From Acidimicrobiia bacterium (GTDB taxonomy: Bacteria; Actinomycetota; Acidimicrobiia; IMCC26256; JACDBD01), in the NCBI GenBank assembly GCA_035316025.1, contig DATFXL010000126.1, positions 10,642-74,641 on the forward strand: a stretch of DNA of 64,000 nt. Reading direction: 5' to 3'. This document shows, in pieces, positions 36,697 through 46,753 of this stretch; positions within the stretch are counted from its first letter, which is position 1; every line of letters begins with the position of its first letter. A program made the translations under genes and the position numbers. The notes beneath the pieces were generated by a model. It made no database searches, was not told where the DNA came from, and saw only the letters and a list, made by a program, of their open reading frames with translations.

Positions 36697-37443
36697 TCAG
36701 GTGAGAGCTCGCCGCACCGGTTCGAGGTCGTACGGCGCCGCGGTCATCACGATCACGTGGTCGGCGCCCGCGTCGACGTAGGTGTCGAGCGCGCCGACTT
36801 CGTCTGGCCGGATCGCAACAGTGCGCTCGATCGCGGCCGGATCGCGCCCGACGTCCGCGCACCACTCGTCGAGCACTTGATTCTTGCGGCGGAAGATCGC
36901 CGGCGGCCCGAACGTGTTCCACGCATCCGCGTGCTCGGCCGCGAGCCGCAGCGTGACCTGCTCGCCCGCGCCGGCGACGAGGATGGGTAGGTCCGCGGCC
37001 GGGGGACGCAGATCGGCCAGGCGTGCCTTGATGACGGGAAGTCCGTGGTCGAGCGCGCGCAGGCGGCCAGCAGCGGTCCCGAACTCGTAGCCGTACTCGC
37101 GGAAGTCGCGCTCGAACCAGCCCGAGCCGATTCCGAGGACGAAGCGTTCGCCACTGAGGCGATGCAGTGTGCGCGCCAGGTCGGCCAGGAGGTTGGGGTT
37201 GCGGTACGCGTAGCAGGTCACGAGCGCGCCGAAGCGCGCCCGGCTGGTGTCGACGGCCATGGCGCCGAGCAACGAGTACGCCTCGAAATGGTTGGCGTCC
37301 GGGTCGCCGTACAACGGGAAGAAGTGGTCCCATACCCAGATCGAGTCGACGCCGATCTCGTCGGCCTCTTGCCAGGCCCGGCGCAACTCGTCGATGGTCG
37401 TGTCCTGTTGCGCGAGCTGGACGCCGACCTTGACGCGAGCCAT
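36697..37443 (-). CDS. LLM-class F420-dependent oxidoreductase
   Basis: 248 aa from ATG 37443 (MARVKVGVQL...), with SD gaaggga upstream. The upstream part of ORF 36697..37665 is antisense to the dehydrogenase start. Confidence 0.8.
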   Translation of the reverse strand: MARVKVGVQLAQQDTTIDELRRAWQEADEIGVDSIWVWDHFFPLYGDPDANHFEAYSLLGAMAVDTSRARFGALVTCYAYRNPNLLADLARTLHRLSGERFVLGIGSGWFERDFREYGYEFGTAAGRLRALDHGLPVIKARLADLRPPAADLPILVAGAGEQVTLRLAAEHADAWNTFGPPAIFRRKNQVLDEWCADVGRDPAAIERTVAIRPDEVGALDTYVDAGADHVIVMTAAPYDLEPVRRALT

Positions 37444-37525
37444 GAGCGCTCCCTTCCCCCGACCGTGCACCAGGACGGTGCGCGGCACAGTACCGTCGGT
37501 CGCGACAGCGACAGCGAGGCCATGG

Positions 37526-38668
37526 ATGGACACGGACGGCGCGGTCACCGAGCTGATGACCGTGATGGGCCACGAACAGGTCGTGTTCGTCGCCGACGCG
37601 CCGTCCGGGCTCCGGGCCGTGATCGCCGTGCACTCGACGGCGCTCGGACCGTCCCTGGGAGGCATCCGCTTCTGGCACTACCCGTCCGAGCACGATGCCG
37701 TCGTCGACGCGCTCCGCCTGTCGCAGGCGATGAGCCTCAAGGCGGCAGCGGCCGGGCTCCATCAGGGCGGCGGCAAAGCGGTGGTCCTCGTCGACGACCC
37801 CGACGTCCCGCGCCGAGACGGGCTGCTCCGTGCGATGGGCCGGGCGATCGGCGATCTCGGTGGTCGCTACATCGCCGCCGAGGACGTGGGCGCTACGCCG
37901 CACGACATGGACGTCATCGCGTCGGAGACGCCTTGGGTGACCGGGCTCGACGGGCCCGGCGGGTCCGGCGATCCCTCGCCCATGACCGCGTACGGCGTGG
38001 TGCGGGCGATGGGCGCGGTGCTGGAGGAGCTCGACGGCGACGCTGCACTCGAGGGCAAGCGGGTCGTCGTGGACGGCGTCGGTCACGTCGGGACGCATCT
38101 GGCGCGCATGGTGGTCGACGCGGGCGCTCGCGTCGGCGTCGCCGACGTGAACAGGAACCGGGTGGACGCGCTCGCACGCGAGATCGGCGCCGAGGCCATC
38201 CCGATCGAGCGGGCGCTGGAGGAGGAGTGCGACGTGCTGGCGCCGTGTGCGCTCGGAGCCGTGCTCGACGAGAAGAGCATCCCGCGGTTGCAATGCCGGG
38301 CGGTGTGCGGCGCCGCCAACAATCAGCTCGCCGAGCCTGCCGACGACGACGCGCTCGCAGCGCGGGGAATCCTGTATGCGCCGGACTTCGTCGTGAACGC
38401 AGGCGGGATCATCAACCTCGCCGAGGAGTTCGTCGGCTACGACCGTGACCGCGCCCGGCGACGCACCGCCGAGATCGCCGAGACCGTGCGCCGTGTCTTC
38501 GCGATCGCCCGTGAGGGGGGAATACCTCCGGGGCGCGCCGCCGAAGAGATGGCGCGCCGACGCATCGCGGAGGAGGGCGCCGGCCACCGCTTCCGCCCCG
38601 GCAATCCGGCGGCGTGGACGAACGGCGAGCCATTGCGCTCGGTGCGTCCCGGTGTGACCCCTCGGTAG
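37526..38668 (+). CDS. Leu/Val/Phe dehydrogenase (ELFV family)
   Basis: 380 aa from ATG 37526. LGPSLGGIRFW ... GLHQGGGKAVV active-site region and Rossmann motif VVVDGVGHVGTHLA. Confidence 0.85.
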   Translation: MDTDGAVTELMTVMGHEQVVFVADAPSGLRAVIAVHSTALGPSLGGIRFWHYPSEHDAVVDALRLSQAMSLKAAAAGLHQGGGKAVVLVDDPDVPRRDGLLRAMGRAIGDLGGRYIAAEDVGATPHDMDVIASETPWVTGLDGPGGSGDPSPMTAYGVVRAMGAVLEELDGDAALEGKRVVVDGVGHVGTHLARMVVDAGARVGVADVNRNRVDALAREIGAEAIPIERALEEECDVLAPCALGAVLDEKSIPRLQCRAVCGAANNQLAEPADDDALAARGILYAPDFVVNAGGIINLAEEFVGYDRDRARRRTAEIAETVRRVFAIAREGGIPPGRAAEEMARRRIAEEGAGHRFRPGNPAAWTNGEPLRSVRPGVTPR

Positions 38669-38709
38669 CATCCACGTCGGCCGAGCGCGATCGAAAAAGG
38701 GGGGCCGGC

Positions 38710-40245
38710 ATGAGAGTGCCACTCACGGTCAACGACTTCCTCGAGCGCGCCGCCCTCGTGTACAGCGAGCGGATCGGCATCGTCGACGAGCCCGATCAGC
38801 CGGCGGCGTCGCTCGGCGAGCTGACGTACCGGCGCGTGCGCGAGCTCGCCCGGGCTCAAGCCGCTGCGCTCGACCACTTCGGGATCGGCTTCGGCGAGCG
38901 CGTCGCCATCGTGTCGCCGAACGCCGCCCGCCTCTTCATCTCGTTCTTCGGCGTGAGCGGATCGGGCCGGATCCTCGTCCCGGTCAACTTCCGGCTGAAC
39001 GCCGATGAGGTCGGCTACATCGTCGAGCACTCAGGCGCTTCGATGGTGCTCGTCGATCCCGAGCTCGACGACGCGCTGTCGAGCGTCGGCGCCAAGCACC
39101 GGTTCGTGATGGGCACCCAAGCCGACGAGGAGCTCTTCCTCGAGGGCGTCGAGCCCGAGTCGTGGGAGCCCGACGAGGACGCCACCGCGACGATCAACTA
39201 CACGAGTGGCACCACGGCGCGTCCCAAGGGCGTGCAATTGACGCATCGGAACGTGTGGATCAATGCGAGCGTCTTCGGATGGCATACCGGAGTGAACGAC
39301 CGCGACGTGTACCTGCACACGCTGCCGATGTTCCATTGCAACGGCTGGGGGATGCCGTACGCGGTCACCGGCATGGGCGGCCGTCACGTCGTGATCCGCA
39401 AGATCGACGGCGCCGAGATCCTCCGCCGTGTCGACGCGCATGGCGTCACTCTTCTCAACGGCGCCCCCGCCGTCGTGAACGCCGTTCTCGACGCGGCCGC
39501 ACAGTGGCAGGGTGAGATCCCAGGGCGGGGTCGCACGCGGATCGTGGTCGCCGGCGCGCCACCGCCAACCCGGACGATCGAGCGGGTCGAGAAGGAGCTC
39601 GGCTGGGAGTTCATCCAGATCTACGGGCTCACCGAGACGGCGCCCCTCCTGACGATGAACCGCAGCCGCGTCGAGTACGACGACCTCTCGCCGGGAGAGC
39701 GGGCGCAGCAACTCGGTCGCGCCGGCGCGCCGACCCTCGGGGTGCAACTACGCGTGGACGCCGAAGGAGAGGTGCACGCACGCGCCAACGTCATCATGGA
39801 CGGGTACTGGGAACAGCCCGACGCGACCGGCGAAGCGATCCCCGACGGGTGGTTTCGAACCGGTGACGGCGGTGTGATCGACGACGAGAGCTACCTGTCG
39901 ATCTCCGACCGCAAGAAGGACGTCATCATCTCGGGCGGCGAGAACGTGTCCTCGATCGAGGTCGAGGACTGCCTCTTCTCGCACCCGGCGGTCGCCGAGG
40001 TCGCCGTGATCGGTGTCCCGGACGAGAAGTGGGGCGAGACGGTGAAGGCGCTGGTCGTGCTGGCGCCCGGCTCCGACGCGAGCGAAACCGACCTCATCGG
40101 GCACGCCCGGGAGCACCTCGCCCACTACAAGTGCCCGACGACCGTCGAGTTCCGCTCGGAGCTGGCGCGCACGGCAACCGGCAAGCTCCAGAAGTTCAAG
40201 CTCCGAGGCCCCTATTGGGAAGGCCGCGATCGCGGGGTGAGCTGA
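38710..40245 (+). CDS. AMP-dependent acyl-CoA synthetase/ligase
   Basis: 511 aa from ATG 38710, with a G-rich SD upstream. INYTSGTTARPKGVQLTHRN, YGLTETAP and DRKKDVIISGGENVSS. Confidence 0.85.
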   Translation: MRVPLTVNDFLERAALVYSERIGIVDEPDQPAASLGELTYRRVRELARAQAAALDHFGIGFGERVAIVSPNAARLFISFFGVSGSGRILVPVNFRLNADEVGYIVEHSGASMVLVDPELDDALSSVGAKHRFVMGTQADEELFLEGVEPESWEPDEDATATINYTSGTTARPKGVQLTHRNVWINASVFGWHTGVNDRDVYLHTLPMFHCNGWGMPYAVTGMGGRHVVIRKIDGAEILRRVDAHGVTLLNGAPAVVNAVLDAAAQWQGEIPGRGRTRIVVAGAPPPTRTIERVEKELGWEFIQIYGLTETAPLLTMNRSRVEYDDLSPGERAQQLGRAGAPTLGVQLRVDAEGEVHARANVIMDGYWEQPDATGEAIPDGWFRTGDGGVIDDESYLSISDRKKDVIISGGENVSSIEVEDCLFSHPAVAEVAVIGVPDEKWGETVKALVVLAPGSDASETDLIGHAREHLAHYKCPTTVEFRSELARTATGKLQKFKLRGPYWEGRDRGVS

Positions 40246-40247
40246 CA

Positions 40248-40505
40248 GTGTCGGACGCGCCGTCGGTCTCGCGCGTGGTCGGCCAGCTCCGCTACCTGTT
40301 CGAGGAGCGACCCGAGCTCTCCGGGGCGTCGGCGGCGGAGCTCGCCCGATGGCTGAGCCGCGAGGACCGCATGGCGCGTGCTCGGGCGGCCGATCCACTC
40401 GGCAGCCGCGAGGCGGTCGAGGCCGCCGCCGCCCAGCTGGGCGATCGCATCACCGACACCATGGTCGCCGATGCCCTCGCCCAGCTTCGCCGCCAGGACA
40501 GCTGA
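40248..40505 (+). CDS. hypothetical small protein
   Basis: 85 aa from GTG 40248, 2 nt after the ligase stop. High G/C third-position bias. No family recognised. Confidence 0.45.
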   Translation: MSDAPSVSRVVGQLRYLFEERPELSGASAAELARWLSREDRMARARAADPLGSREAVEAAAAQLGDRITDTMVADALAQLRRQDS

Positions 40506-40510
40506 GGGCG

Positions 40511-40990
40511 ATGCCGAACTGGGCCGAGCAGGTCACGGCCGTGGCAACCGTGGTCAGCGCGGTCGGCTGGCTCAGCGCGGTCGGGGCGGCGCTGTTCGCG
40601 GCCCAGCAGGTGCGCGAAGCGCGCCATACACGCCAGGCCCAGGTCGGCGCCGACTTCGTCCGCCGCTGGGACGAAGCGCCGATGGTCGAGACACGACGGC
40701 TCGTCGCCGGGTTCAGGACGAAGGAGGAGCTCAAGGCCGCGTTCCTGAACTACGTCGAGAGCAACGCCGCCGAGGCGTACGTGCTCTACCGAGAGCTCGA
40801 CTACTTCGAGCAGCTCGGCGCGCTCGAGCGCGTCGGCGCCGTGAACTTCGAGCTCGTCCGGCTCCTCCTGGGGCGCAGACTCATCGAGCGTTGGGAGATG
40901 TGGAAGCCCTCGGTCGACGCGCTCGGTGAGGATGTCTATCCGATGTTCGCGGGGCTCGTCGCCAAGATGCGCACCGAGCTCGCGGCATAG
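40511..40990 (+). CDS. hypothetical N-terminally membrane-anchored protein (possibly DUF4760-like)
   Basis: 159 aa from ATG 40511. TM helix VTAVATVVSAVGWLSAVGAALFAA followed by a helical domain. The family resemblance is from memory only. Confidence 0.5.
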   Translation: MPNWAEQVTAVATVVSAVGWLSAVGAALFAAQQVREARHTRQAQVGADFVRRWDEAPMVETRRLVAGFRTKEELKAAFLNYVESNAAEAYVLYRELDYFEQLGALERVGAVNFELVRLLLGRRLIERWEMWKPSVDALGEDVYPMFAGLVAKMRTELAA

Positions 40991-41535
40991 TGGGCGCCCG
41001 TTCTTACGTCTGGGGCCGGCTCGACCTCGACGGGTCCGTGTACGTCCGGTTGGACGAGGACGTCGCCGGGGTGGAGGCCCATGGCTACGAGATCTGCGCC
41101 GAGGACGGGACCCGATGGGGAGCGCACTTCCGGGTGCTGCTCGACGCCGGTTGGCGGCACCGGCGGACGACGGTCGAAGTCATCGACGACGCGGGCGCCC
41201 GTACGCTCGAACTGGCGTCGTCGGACGGGACCTGGACGCGGGACGGCCGTCGCGACCCCACCCTCGACGGGTGCACCGATCTCGACCTGGCGGGCAATCC
41301 CTTCACGAACGCCTTCGTGACCCGCCGAGTCGCGCCCCACGTCGGCGGCGAGGTGGAGGTGCTGGCCGCCTACGTCGAGACGCCCGCGCTGTCGGTGCGG
41401 CCGCTCCTGCAGCGCTACCGCCGTGTGGCAGCCGACCGGTGGGTCTACTCCGACGACCTGTACGGCACCTTCCAGTTCGACGCCGACGCCGACGGCGTGG
41501 CCGTCGACTATCAGGACCTGGCCGTACGGAAATGA
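40990..41535 (+). CDS. putative glycolipid-binding (PF06475-like) family protein
   Basis: 181 aa. The GTG overlaps the previous stop (taGtg). The DLDLAGNPFTNAFVTRRV segment resembles the family's D-L-x-x-S-P-x-T-N motif by eye. Confidence 0.55.
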   Translation: MGARSYVWGRLDLDGSVYVRLDEDVAGVEAHGYEICAEDGTRWGAHFRVLLDAGWRHRRTTVEVIDDAGARTLELASSDGTWTRDGRRDPTLDGCTDLDLAGNPFTNAFVTRRVAPHVGGEVEVLAAYVETPALSVRPLLQRYRRVAADRWVYSDDLYGTFQFDADADGVAVDYQDLAVRK

Positions 41536-41945
41536 GTCGCGGCGCACCTACCATGAGCGTCGTGAGCGTGCAGCTGAACCACACGATCGTCTGGAGCCGA
41601 GACAAGCGCCGGTCGGCCGCGTTCCTCGCCGAGATGCTCGGCCGGCCCGAGCCCAAGCCGTGGGGACCGTTCCACATCGTCGACGTCGACAACGACGTGT
41701 CGCTCGACTTCCACGACACGGACGGCGAGATCGCACACCAGCACTACGCGTTCCTGATCGGCGAAGACGACTTCGACGACGTGTACGGCCGCATCCGAGA
41801 GCGCGGCCTCGAGCACTGGGCCGACCCGATGCAGAGCCGGGCCGGCGAGATCAATCGCAACGACGGCGGCCGCGGCGTGTACTTCGAGGATCCTGACGGC
41901 CACCTCCTCGAGGTGATCACTCGCCCGTACGGCAGCGGCGCGTGA
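41532..41945 (+). CDS. VOC family protein
   Basis: 137 aa. ATGA overlap with the previous gene (ATG 41553 is an alternative). HYAFLIGEDDFDDVYGRI...YFEDPDGHLLE. Confidence 0.75.
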   Translation: MSRGAPTMSVVSVQLNHTIVWSRDKRRSAAFLAEMLGRPEPKPWGPFHIVDVDNDVSLDFHDTDGEIAHQHYAFLIGEDDFDDVYGRIRERGLEHWADPMQSRAGEINRNDGGRGVYFEDPDGHLLEVITRPYGSGA

Positions 41946-42043
41946 TCGGCAGCTGGTCCGGGCCTCGGAGCGGCCGCCGCCCGGCGACTCACCGGCGCGC
42001 CCTACGCTGACGCTGCTGCCAGCCGCCGAAGCGGGGGAAGTGG

Positions 42044-43279
42044 ATGCGAGGTCTGCTGTACGGCGTTGCGCCCGAGCCGCAGCCGGAGCCGGACGAGGAC
42101 AACCATCTGCTGCGGGGCCTCGCGCACACGCCGATGAGGCAGGAAGAGCTCGACGACCCCGGGTTCCTTCTGCCGGACTGGGTCGTGACCCGTCCTCGCC
42201 TCACCGGCATTTGCGGTTCGGATGCCAAGCAGGTGTTCATGGACTGGGTGAACGTGGCCACCCCCGACAACCCGATGAAGGGCTTCTTCTCGCTGCCGCA
42301 GGTGCTCGGGCACGAGGTCGTCGCCGACGTCGTCGCCCTCGGCCCCGAGGCCGAGGGGCTCGAGGTCGGGGACCGCGTCGTGCTGAACCCCTGGCTGTCG
42401 TGCCGTCCCCGGGGCGTCGACCCGATCTGTCCCGCGTGCGAGGCGGGCGACCTCAGCCTGTGCTGGAACTTCAGCGTGGGCCCGATTGCGCCGGGCATCC
42501 ACAGCGGTACCTCGAAGGACGCTGGCGGCGGGTACGCGCAGCTGATGCCCGCCCACGACACGCAGCTGTTCAAGGTCCCCGAGGAGGTGCCGGACGAGCT
42601 CGCCGTGTTCGCCGACCCGTTCGCGGTCAGCCTGCACTCCGTGACCCGGCATCCGCCGGTACCGGGCGGCAAGGTGATGGTGTACGGCTCCGGAGCCTTG
42701 GGAACGTGCGCGACCGCCATCATCCGTTCGCTCCACCCGGACGTCGAGGTGCTCGTCGTCGCCCGCTTCGAAGCTCAGGCCGCCTTGGCGCGCAAGCTCG
42801 GCGCCACCGTCATCCACCACGAACCTGCGCTGCGCGTGATCGAGGAGGCCGCGGCGTGGTCCGGCGGTGTGCTCCAGCCGAGTGATGGGTTGCCGATGGC
42901 CTACCCGGGCGAGATCGACGTGGTGTACGACACCATCGGCAAGCAAGAGACGTTCGAGGTGGGCGCGCGCGTCCTCAAGGCCCGCGGCACCCTCGTGAAA
43001 GCAGGTGTCCACGGGCCGACGTTCTGGGAGGACACGCCGCTGTACTTCAAGGAGCTGTCGCTGGTCGGCTCGAACGCGTTCGGCGTCGAGGAGGTCGACG
43101 GTGTTCGCCGGCACGGAATCCAGCACTACCTCGACCTGGTGCGGGAAGGGCGAGTCGACCTCACGGGCATGCTCACCCACACCTTCGTGCTCGACGACTG
43201 GCGCGACGCCTTCACTGCGCTGGCCACGCAGGACCGCAGCGCCGCCATCAAGGTCGCGTTCGACTTTCGGGAGCGCTGA
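42044..43279 (+). CDS. zinc-binding medium-chain alcohol dehydrogenase family protein
   Basis: 411 aa. GICGSDAKQ and GHEVVADV (catalytic Zn), CPACEAGDLSLC (structural Zn), Rossmann motif VMVYGSGALG. Confidence 0.85.
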   Translation: MRGLLYGVAPEPQPEPDEDNHLLRGLAHTPMRQEELDDPGFLLPDWVVTRPRLTGICGSDAKQVFMDWVNVATPDNPMKGFFSLPQVLGHEVVADVVALGPEAEGLEVGDRVVLNPWLSCRPRGVDPICPACEAGDLSLCWNFSVGPIAPGIHSGTSKDAGGGYAQLMPAHDTQLFKVPEEVPDELAVFADPFAVSLHSVTRHPPVPGGKVMVYGSGALGTCATAIIRSLHPDVEVLVVARFEAQAALARKLGATVIHHEPALRVIEEAAAWSGGVLQPSDGLPMAYPGEIDVVYDTIGKQETFEVGARVLKARGTLVKAGVHGPTFWEDTPLYFKELSLVGSNAFGVEEVDGVRRHGIQHYLDLVREGRVDLTGMLTHTFVLDDWRDAFTALATQDRSAAIKVAFDFRER

Positions 43280-43280
43280 C

Positions 43281-44096
43281 CTAGCCGGATCGCTCGAACG
43301 TCACTTGACGCATGCCCCAGGTGATCGTCGGCCCTCTCGGTCCCTTCACGAGCTGGCCGAGCGCGCCCTCCAGGTCGTCGAGGTCGCCGCGGCCGTGTCT
43401 GTCCCGGACGAAGGGGTCCTCGCGCCACGTCGCGAAATTCAGTGCGAACAGCTCGGCCGCCAGCGGGACCGGGACCGGATGGACGCGCACCACGCTCGTC
43501 CGCTTCCGCCCGTCCCGCCCACCGTCGAACTTGTCGACGATCGGCCCGGCGGCGAGCGAGGTGCCGCGCGCCTCGATCAGCGCCGCCAGCATCGTGAGAT
43601 AACGGCGCAACACCGGATCGCTTGTTCGGATCCACTCCACTTCGTCGAGCGCCAGCACCCCGCCCAGCTCGAGCTGGGTCATCCATGCCCGCACCACCCG
43701 ATCGGGGCGAGGAATGTGCGACAGGACGAAGCGGGCGTACGCCAGATTCGCGCGACCCGTCGGGAACGGCAGTTCCATCAGGTCGTGCTCGACGAACGCC
43801 ACCCCCGGCGGCTCGTCGGCGCGGGCGCGGGCGATGAACGATTCGGAGGAATCGAGCCCCACCGTCCTCGTCGCGCCCGTGATCGTTGCGACCAGGCGCG
43901 TCGTGTGCCCCGGTCCGCAGCCCAAGTCGAGAGCGAGTCGCGGCTGCTTCGGCACGTCGTCACGCAGGAATACCGCACTCGGCGATCTCCACCGCTCGGC
44001 CACCAGGGCGAGGCGACGCGCCGCCGGCTCGGTGTCACCGAAGACGTAATCGGAGCGGCCGCTCACGCCGGGGACCGTACCCGGGAGTATCGTCAC
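43281..44096 (-). CDS. class I SAM-dependent methyltransferase
   Basis: 271 aa. Motif I ALDLGCGPGHTT. Confidence 0.75.
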   Translation of the reverse strand: MTILPGTVPGVSGRSDYVFGDTEPAARRLALVAERWRSPSAVFLRDDVPKQPRLALDLGCGPGHTTRLVATITGATRTVGLDSSESFIARARADEPPGVAFVEHDLMELPFPTGRANLAYARFVLSHIPRPDRVVRAWMTQLELGGVLALDEVEWIRTSDPVLRRYLTMLAALIEARGTSLAAGPIVDKFDGGRDGRKRTSVVRVHPVPVPLAAELFALNFATWREDPFVRDRHGRGDLDDLEGALGQLVKGPRGPTITWGMRQVTFERSG

Positions 44097-44127
44097 CGCC
44101 GCCGGGATTCACCGCAGAGGGGGGCGC

Positions 44128-45681
44128 GTGGACACCGAGCTCGACGAGCTGCTGGCATGGGCCGACCGCGGGATGGCGGTCGGCTGGCACGCGGCGCGCC
44201 GGCCCGACCTCCCTGCGCTGATCACCCCGGAGGCGACGCTCACCTACGGCGACCTGAACGCACGCGCCAACCGGCTGGCGCGCGTGTTGCGGCGGCGCGG
44301 CTTGCAGCGCGGGGATGCCGTCGCGCTCCTGTGTTCGAACCGGATCGAGTTCGTGGAGGTCCTCCTCGCGACCCAGCGGACAGGCTTGCGCCTCACAACC
44401 GTGAACTGGCATCTCACCGCGGACGAGGCCGGCTACATCGTCGAAGACTGCGAGGCGCGGGCGTTCGTGGCCGAGGCCCGTTTCGCGGCCGTCGCCCGCG
44501 GCGCAGCCGACGCCGCGCTCAGCGAGACCGCGCGCCTGGCCGTCGCCGGATCGATCGACGGCTTCGAGGACTACGACACCGCCGTCGCCGCCGAACCGGG
44601 CGAGGACCTTTCCGATCCGGTGCTGGGCTCGCAGATGCTCTACACCTCCGGGACCACAGGACGGCCGAAGGGCGTGTTCCGCGACGACGCGTCGCTCGCG
44701 ACTGCCGTGACGCTGGCCCGAGCGGCGTACCGCGACGGCAACGTGCATCTCCTCACCGGGCCGCTGTACCACGCCGCGCCCCTGCTGTTCTCGCTCAACG
44801 CGCCGTTGATCGCGGGGATCACGATCGTGTTGATGCCGGCATGGGATCCCGAGGAGGCGCTCCGCCTGATCGACGCGCACCGTGTCACGCACACGCACAT
44901 GGTGCCAACCATGTTCCATCAGCTCCTCGGGCTGCCCGACGATGTACGTGAGCTTTACGACATCTCGTCCTTGCACAACGTCCTCCACGGCGCGGCGCCG
45001 TGCCCGGTCGGGGTGAAGCAGCGTCTCATCGAGTGGTGGGGCCCAGTCGTGAACGAGTACTACGCCGCCACCGAGGGGCTCGGGACCTGGGTCGATGCCC
45101 GCACGTGGCTGCGCAAGCCCGGCACCGTCGGCAAGCCCGTCCCGGACGACCAGGTCGTGGTCGGCGACGAAGAAGGGAACCGCATGCCGCCGGGCGAGGT
45201 CGGGCTGGTCTGGTTCAAGGCGTCGGAGGTGCCGTTCGAGTACTTCAAGGACCCGGCCAAGACGAAGTCGTCCTACCGCGACCGTCACTTCACCCTCGGC
45301 GACATGGGCTACTTCGACGAGGACGGGTTCCTGTTCCTCACCGACCGGAGCGCCAACCTCATCATCTCGGGTGGCGTCAACATCTATCCGGCGGAGGTCG
45401 ACGCCGTGCTGCTCGAGCACCCAGCGGTCGCCGACGCCGCCGTCATCGGCGTGCCCAACGCGGAGTGGGGTGAAGACGTGCTGGCCGTGATCGAGCTCCG
45501 CGCCGACCGCTCGCCGGGCGACGAGCTCGCAGACGAGCTCGTCGCCTTCTGCCGCGACCGGCTTGCGCACTACAAGTCCCCTCGCCGCGTCGAGTTCGTC
45601 GACCGTCTGCCGCGACAGGACAACGGCAAGATCTACAAGCGGCTGCTGCGCGACCGCTACCGCGAGCGGGCCGCGAACTGA
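44128..45681 (+). CDS. AMP-dependent acyl-CoA synthetase
   Basis: 517 aa. MLYTSGTTGRPKGV, YYAATEG and DRSANLIISGGVNIYP. Confidence 0.85.
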   Translation: MDTELDELLAWADRGMAVGWHAARRPDLPALITPEATLTYGDLNARANRLARVLRRRGLQRGDAVALLCSNRIEFVEVLLATQRTGLRLTTVNWHLTADEAGYIVEDCEARAFVAEARFAAVARGAADAALSETARLAVAGSIDGFEDYDTAVAAEPGEDLSDPVLGSQMLYTSGTTGRPKGVFRDDASLATAVTLARAAYRDGNVHLLTGPLYHAAPLLFSLNAPLIAGITIVLMPAWDPEEALRLIDAHRVTHTHMVPTMFHQLLGLPDDVRELYDISSLHNVLHGAAPCPVGVKQRLIEWWGPVVNEYYAATEGLGTWVDARTWLRKPGTVGKPVPDDQVVVGDEEGNRMPPGEVGLVWFKASEVPFEYFKDPAKTKSSYRDRHFTLGDMGYFDEDGFLFLTDRSANLIISGGVNIYPAEVDAVLLEHPAVADAAVIGVPNAEWGEDVLAVIELRADRSPGDELADELVAFCRDRLAHYKSPRRVEFVDRLPRQDNGKIYKRLLRDRYRERAAN

Positions 45682-45706
45682 ACGTCCGACCTTTACGCTC
45701 GACGCC

Positions 45707-46723
45707 GTGCAAGCTCTGCTCACCGAGACGGCTGGCCGTCTCCTGGACGAACGTAGCGATCGTGTCGGCCGGCCCATCGAGCAGGTGCGCATGCAGCGCG
45801 ACGGCCGGCTCACGATCGGCGGAAGCGCGGTCGACGCTGACGCCGTCAGGCCGGAGGTCGCCTGCGCGACTGGTGACATCTTCTTCCGTGGCGGCGCGGC
45901 ATCGTGGTTCGAGATCCTGCTCCGAACGACATCGTTGCAGTGGTTCCAGTCGCCGGCGGCCGGCTACATCGCGCTGTACGACCGCCTCTTCGAACACGGC
46001 ATGCGGATCACGGGCGCGCACGTGAACGCGATCCCGATTGCCGAGTACGTGATCCAGGCCGTGCTGGCGCATTTCCAGCGGGCCGATGAATGGGCGGTCG
46101 CGCGAGCCGACCACGAATGGCGACCCCACGAGTTCCGCGAGGTCTTCGCTACGACGTGGCTCGTGGTCGGCGTCGGCGCCATCGGCTCGGCGGTCGCCGA
46201 ACGGGTCCGGGCGCTCGGCGTGCGCGTGCTCGGTCACCGCCGCCGGCCGGTGGGTGACGAGCCGGTCCACGAGATGCTCGGCCGCGACGCTCTGCTCCAC
46301 GCGTTGCCACGCTGTGATGTCGTCGTGCTGGCGGCGCCGGCGACACCCGAGACCACCGGTATGGTCGACGAAGCGTTCCTCGCTGCGATGGCGCCCGGGT
46401 CGGTGCTCGTCAACGTGGCCCGCGGGGCGCTGGTCGACGAGCCCGCGCTCCTCGCTGCGCTCGATCGGGGCCGACCCGAGGCGGCGATCCTCGACGTGTT
46501 CGCCACCGAGCCGCTGCCCGCCGACAGCCCGTTCTGGGGCCATCCCAAGGTCGTGCTCACACCGCACTCTTCGGCGGGTGGGCTCGCCCGCCACGGCCGT
46601 GTCGTCGACCTCTTCGTCGAGAATTTGGCGCGTTACCGGGAGGGTCGCCAGCTCGTCCACGAGGTGCCTCCCGCCCGTGGTGTGGCGACTCGGACATGGC
46701 TGGACGAGGGCGCCCGCTCCTGA
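45707..46723 (+). CDS. D-isomer-specific 2-hydroxyacid dehydrogenase family protein
   Basis: C-terminal part of ORF 45563..46723. Start uncertain (GTG 45707 or ATG 45791). NAD motif VVGVGAIGSAVAERVRALG, NVARGALVDE and TPHSS. Confidence 0.75.
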   Translation: MQALLTETAGRLLDERSDRVGRPIEQVRMQRDGRLTIGGSAVDADAVRPEVACATGDIFFRGGAASWFEILLRTTSLQWFQSPAAGYIALYDRLFEHGMRITGAHVNAIPIAEYVIQAVLAHFQRADEWAVARADHEWRPHEFREVFATTWLVVGVGAIGSAVAERVRALGVRVLGHRRRPVGDEPVHEMLGRDALLHALPRCDVVVLAAPATPETTGMVDEAFLAAMAPGSVLVNVARGALVDEPALLAALDRGRPEAAILDVFATEPLPADSPFWGHPKVVLTPHSSAGGLARHGRVVDLFVENLARYREGRQLVHEVPPARGVATRTWLDEGARS

Positions 46724-46753
46724 TCATCGCGTGTCTCGCTAGCCTCCGACTCC

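Noticed and set aside
36368-38722. 784-aa ORF on the minus strand
   Set aside because: Its composition is R/P/G/A-rich. It lies antisense to the well-supported Leu/Val dehydrogenase and overlaps the LLM gene in another frame. This is a typical high-GC shadow ORF.
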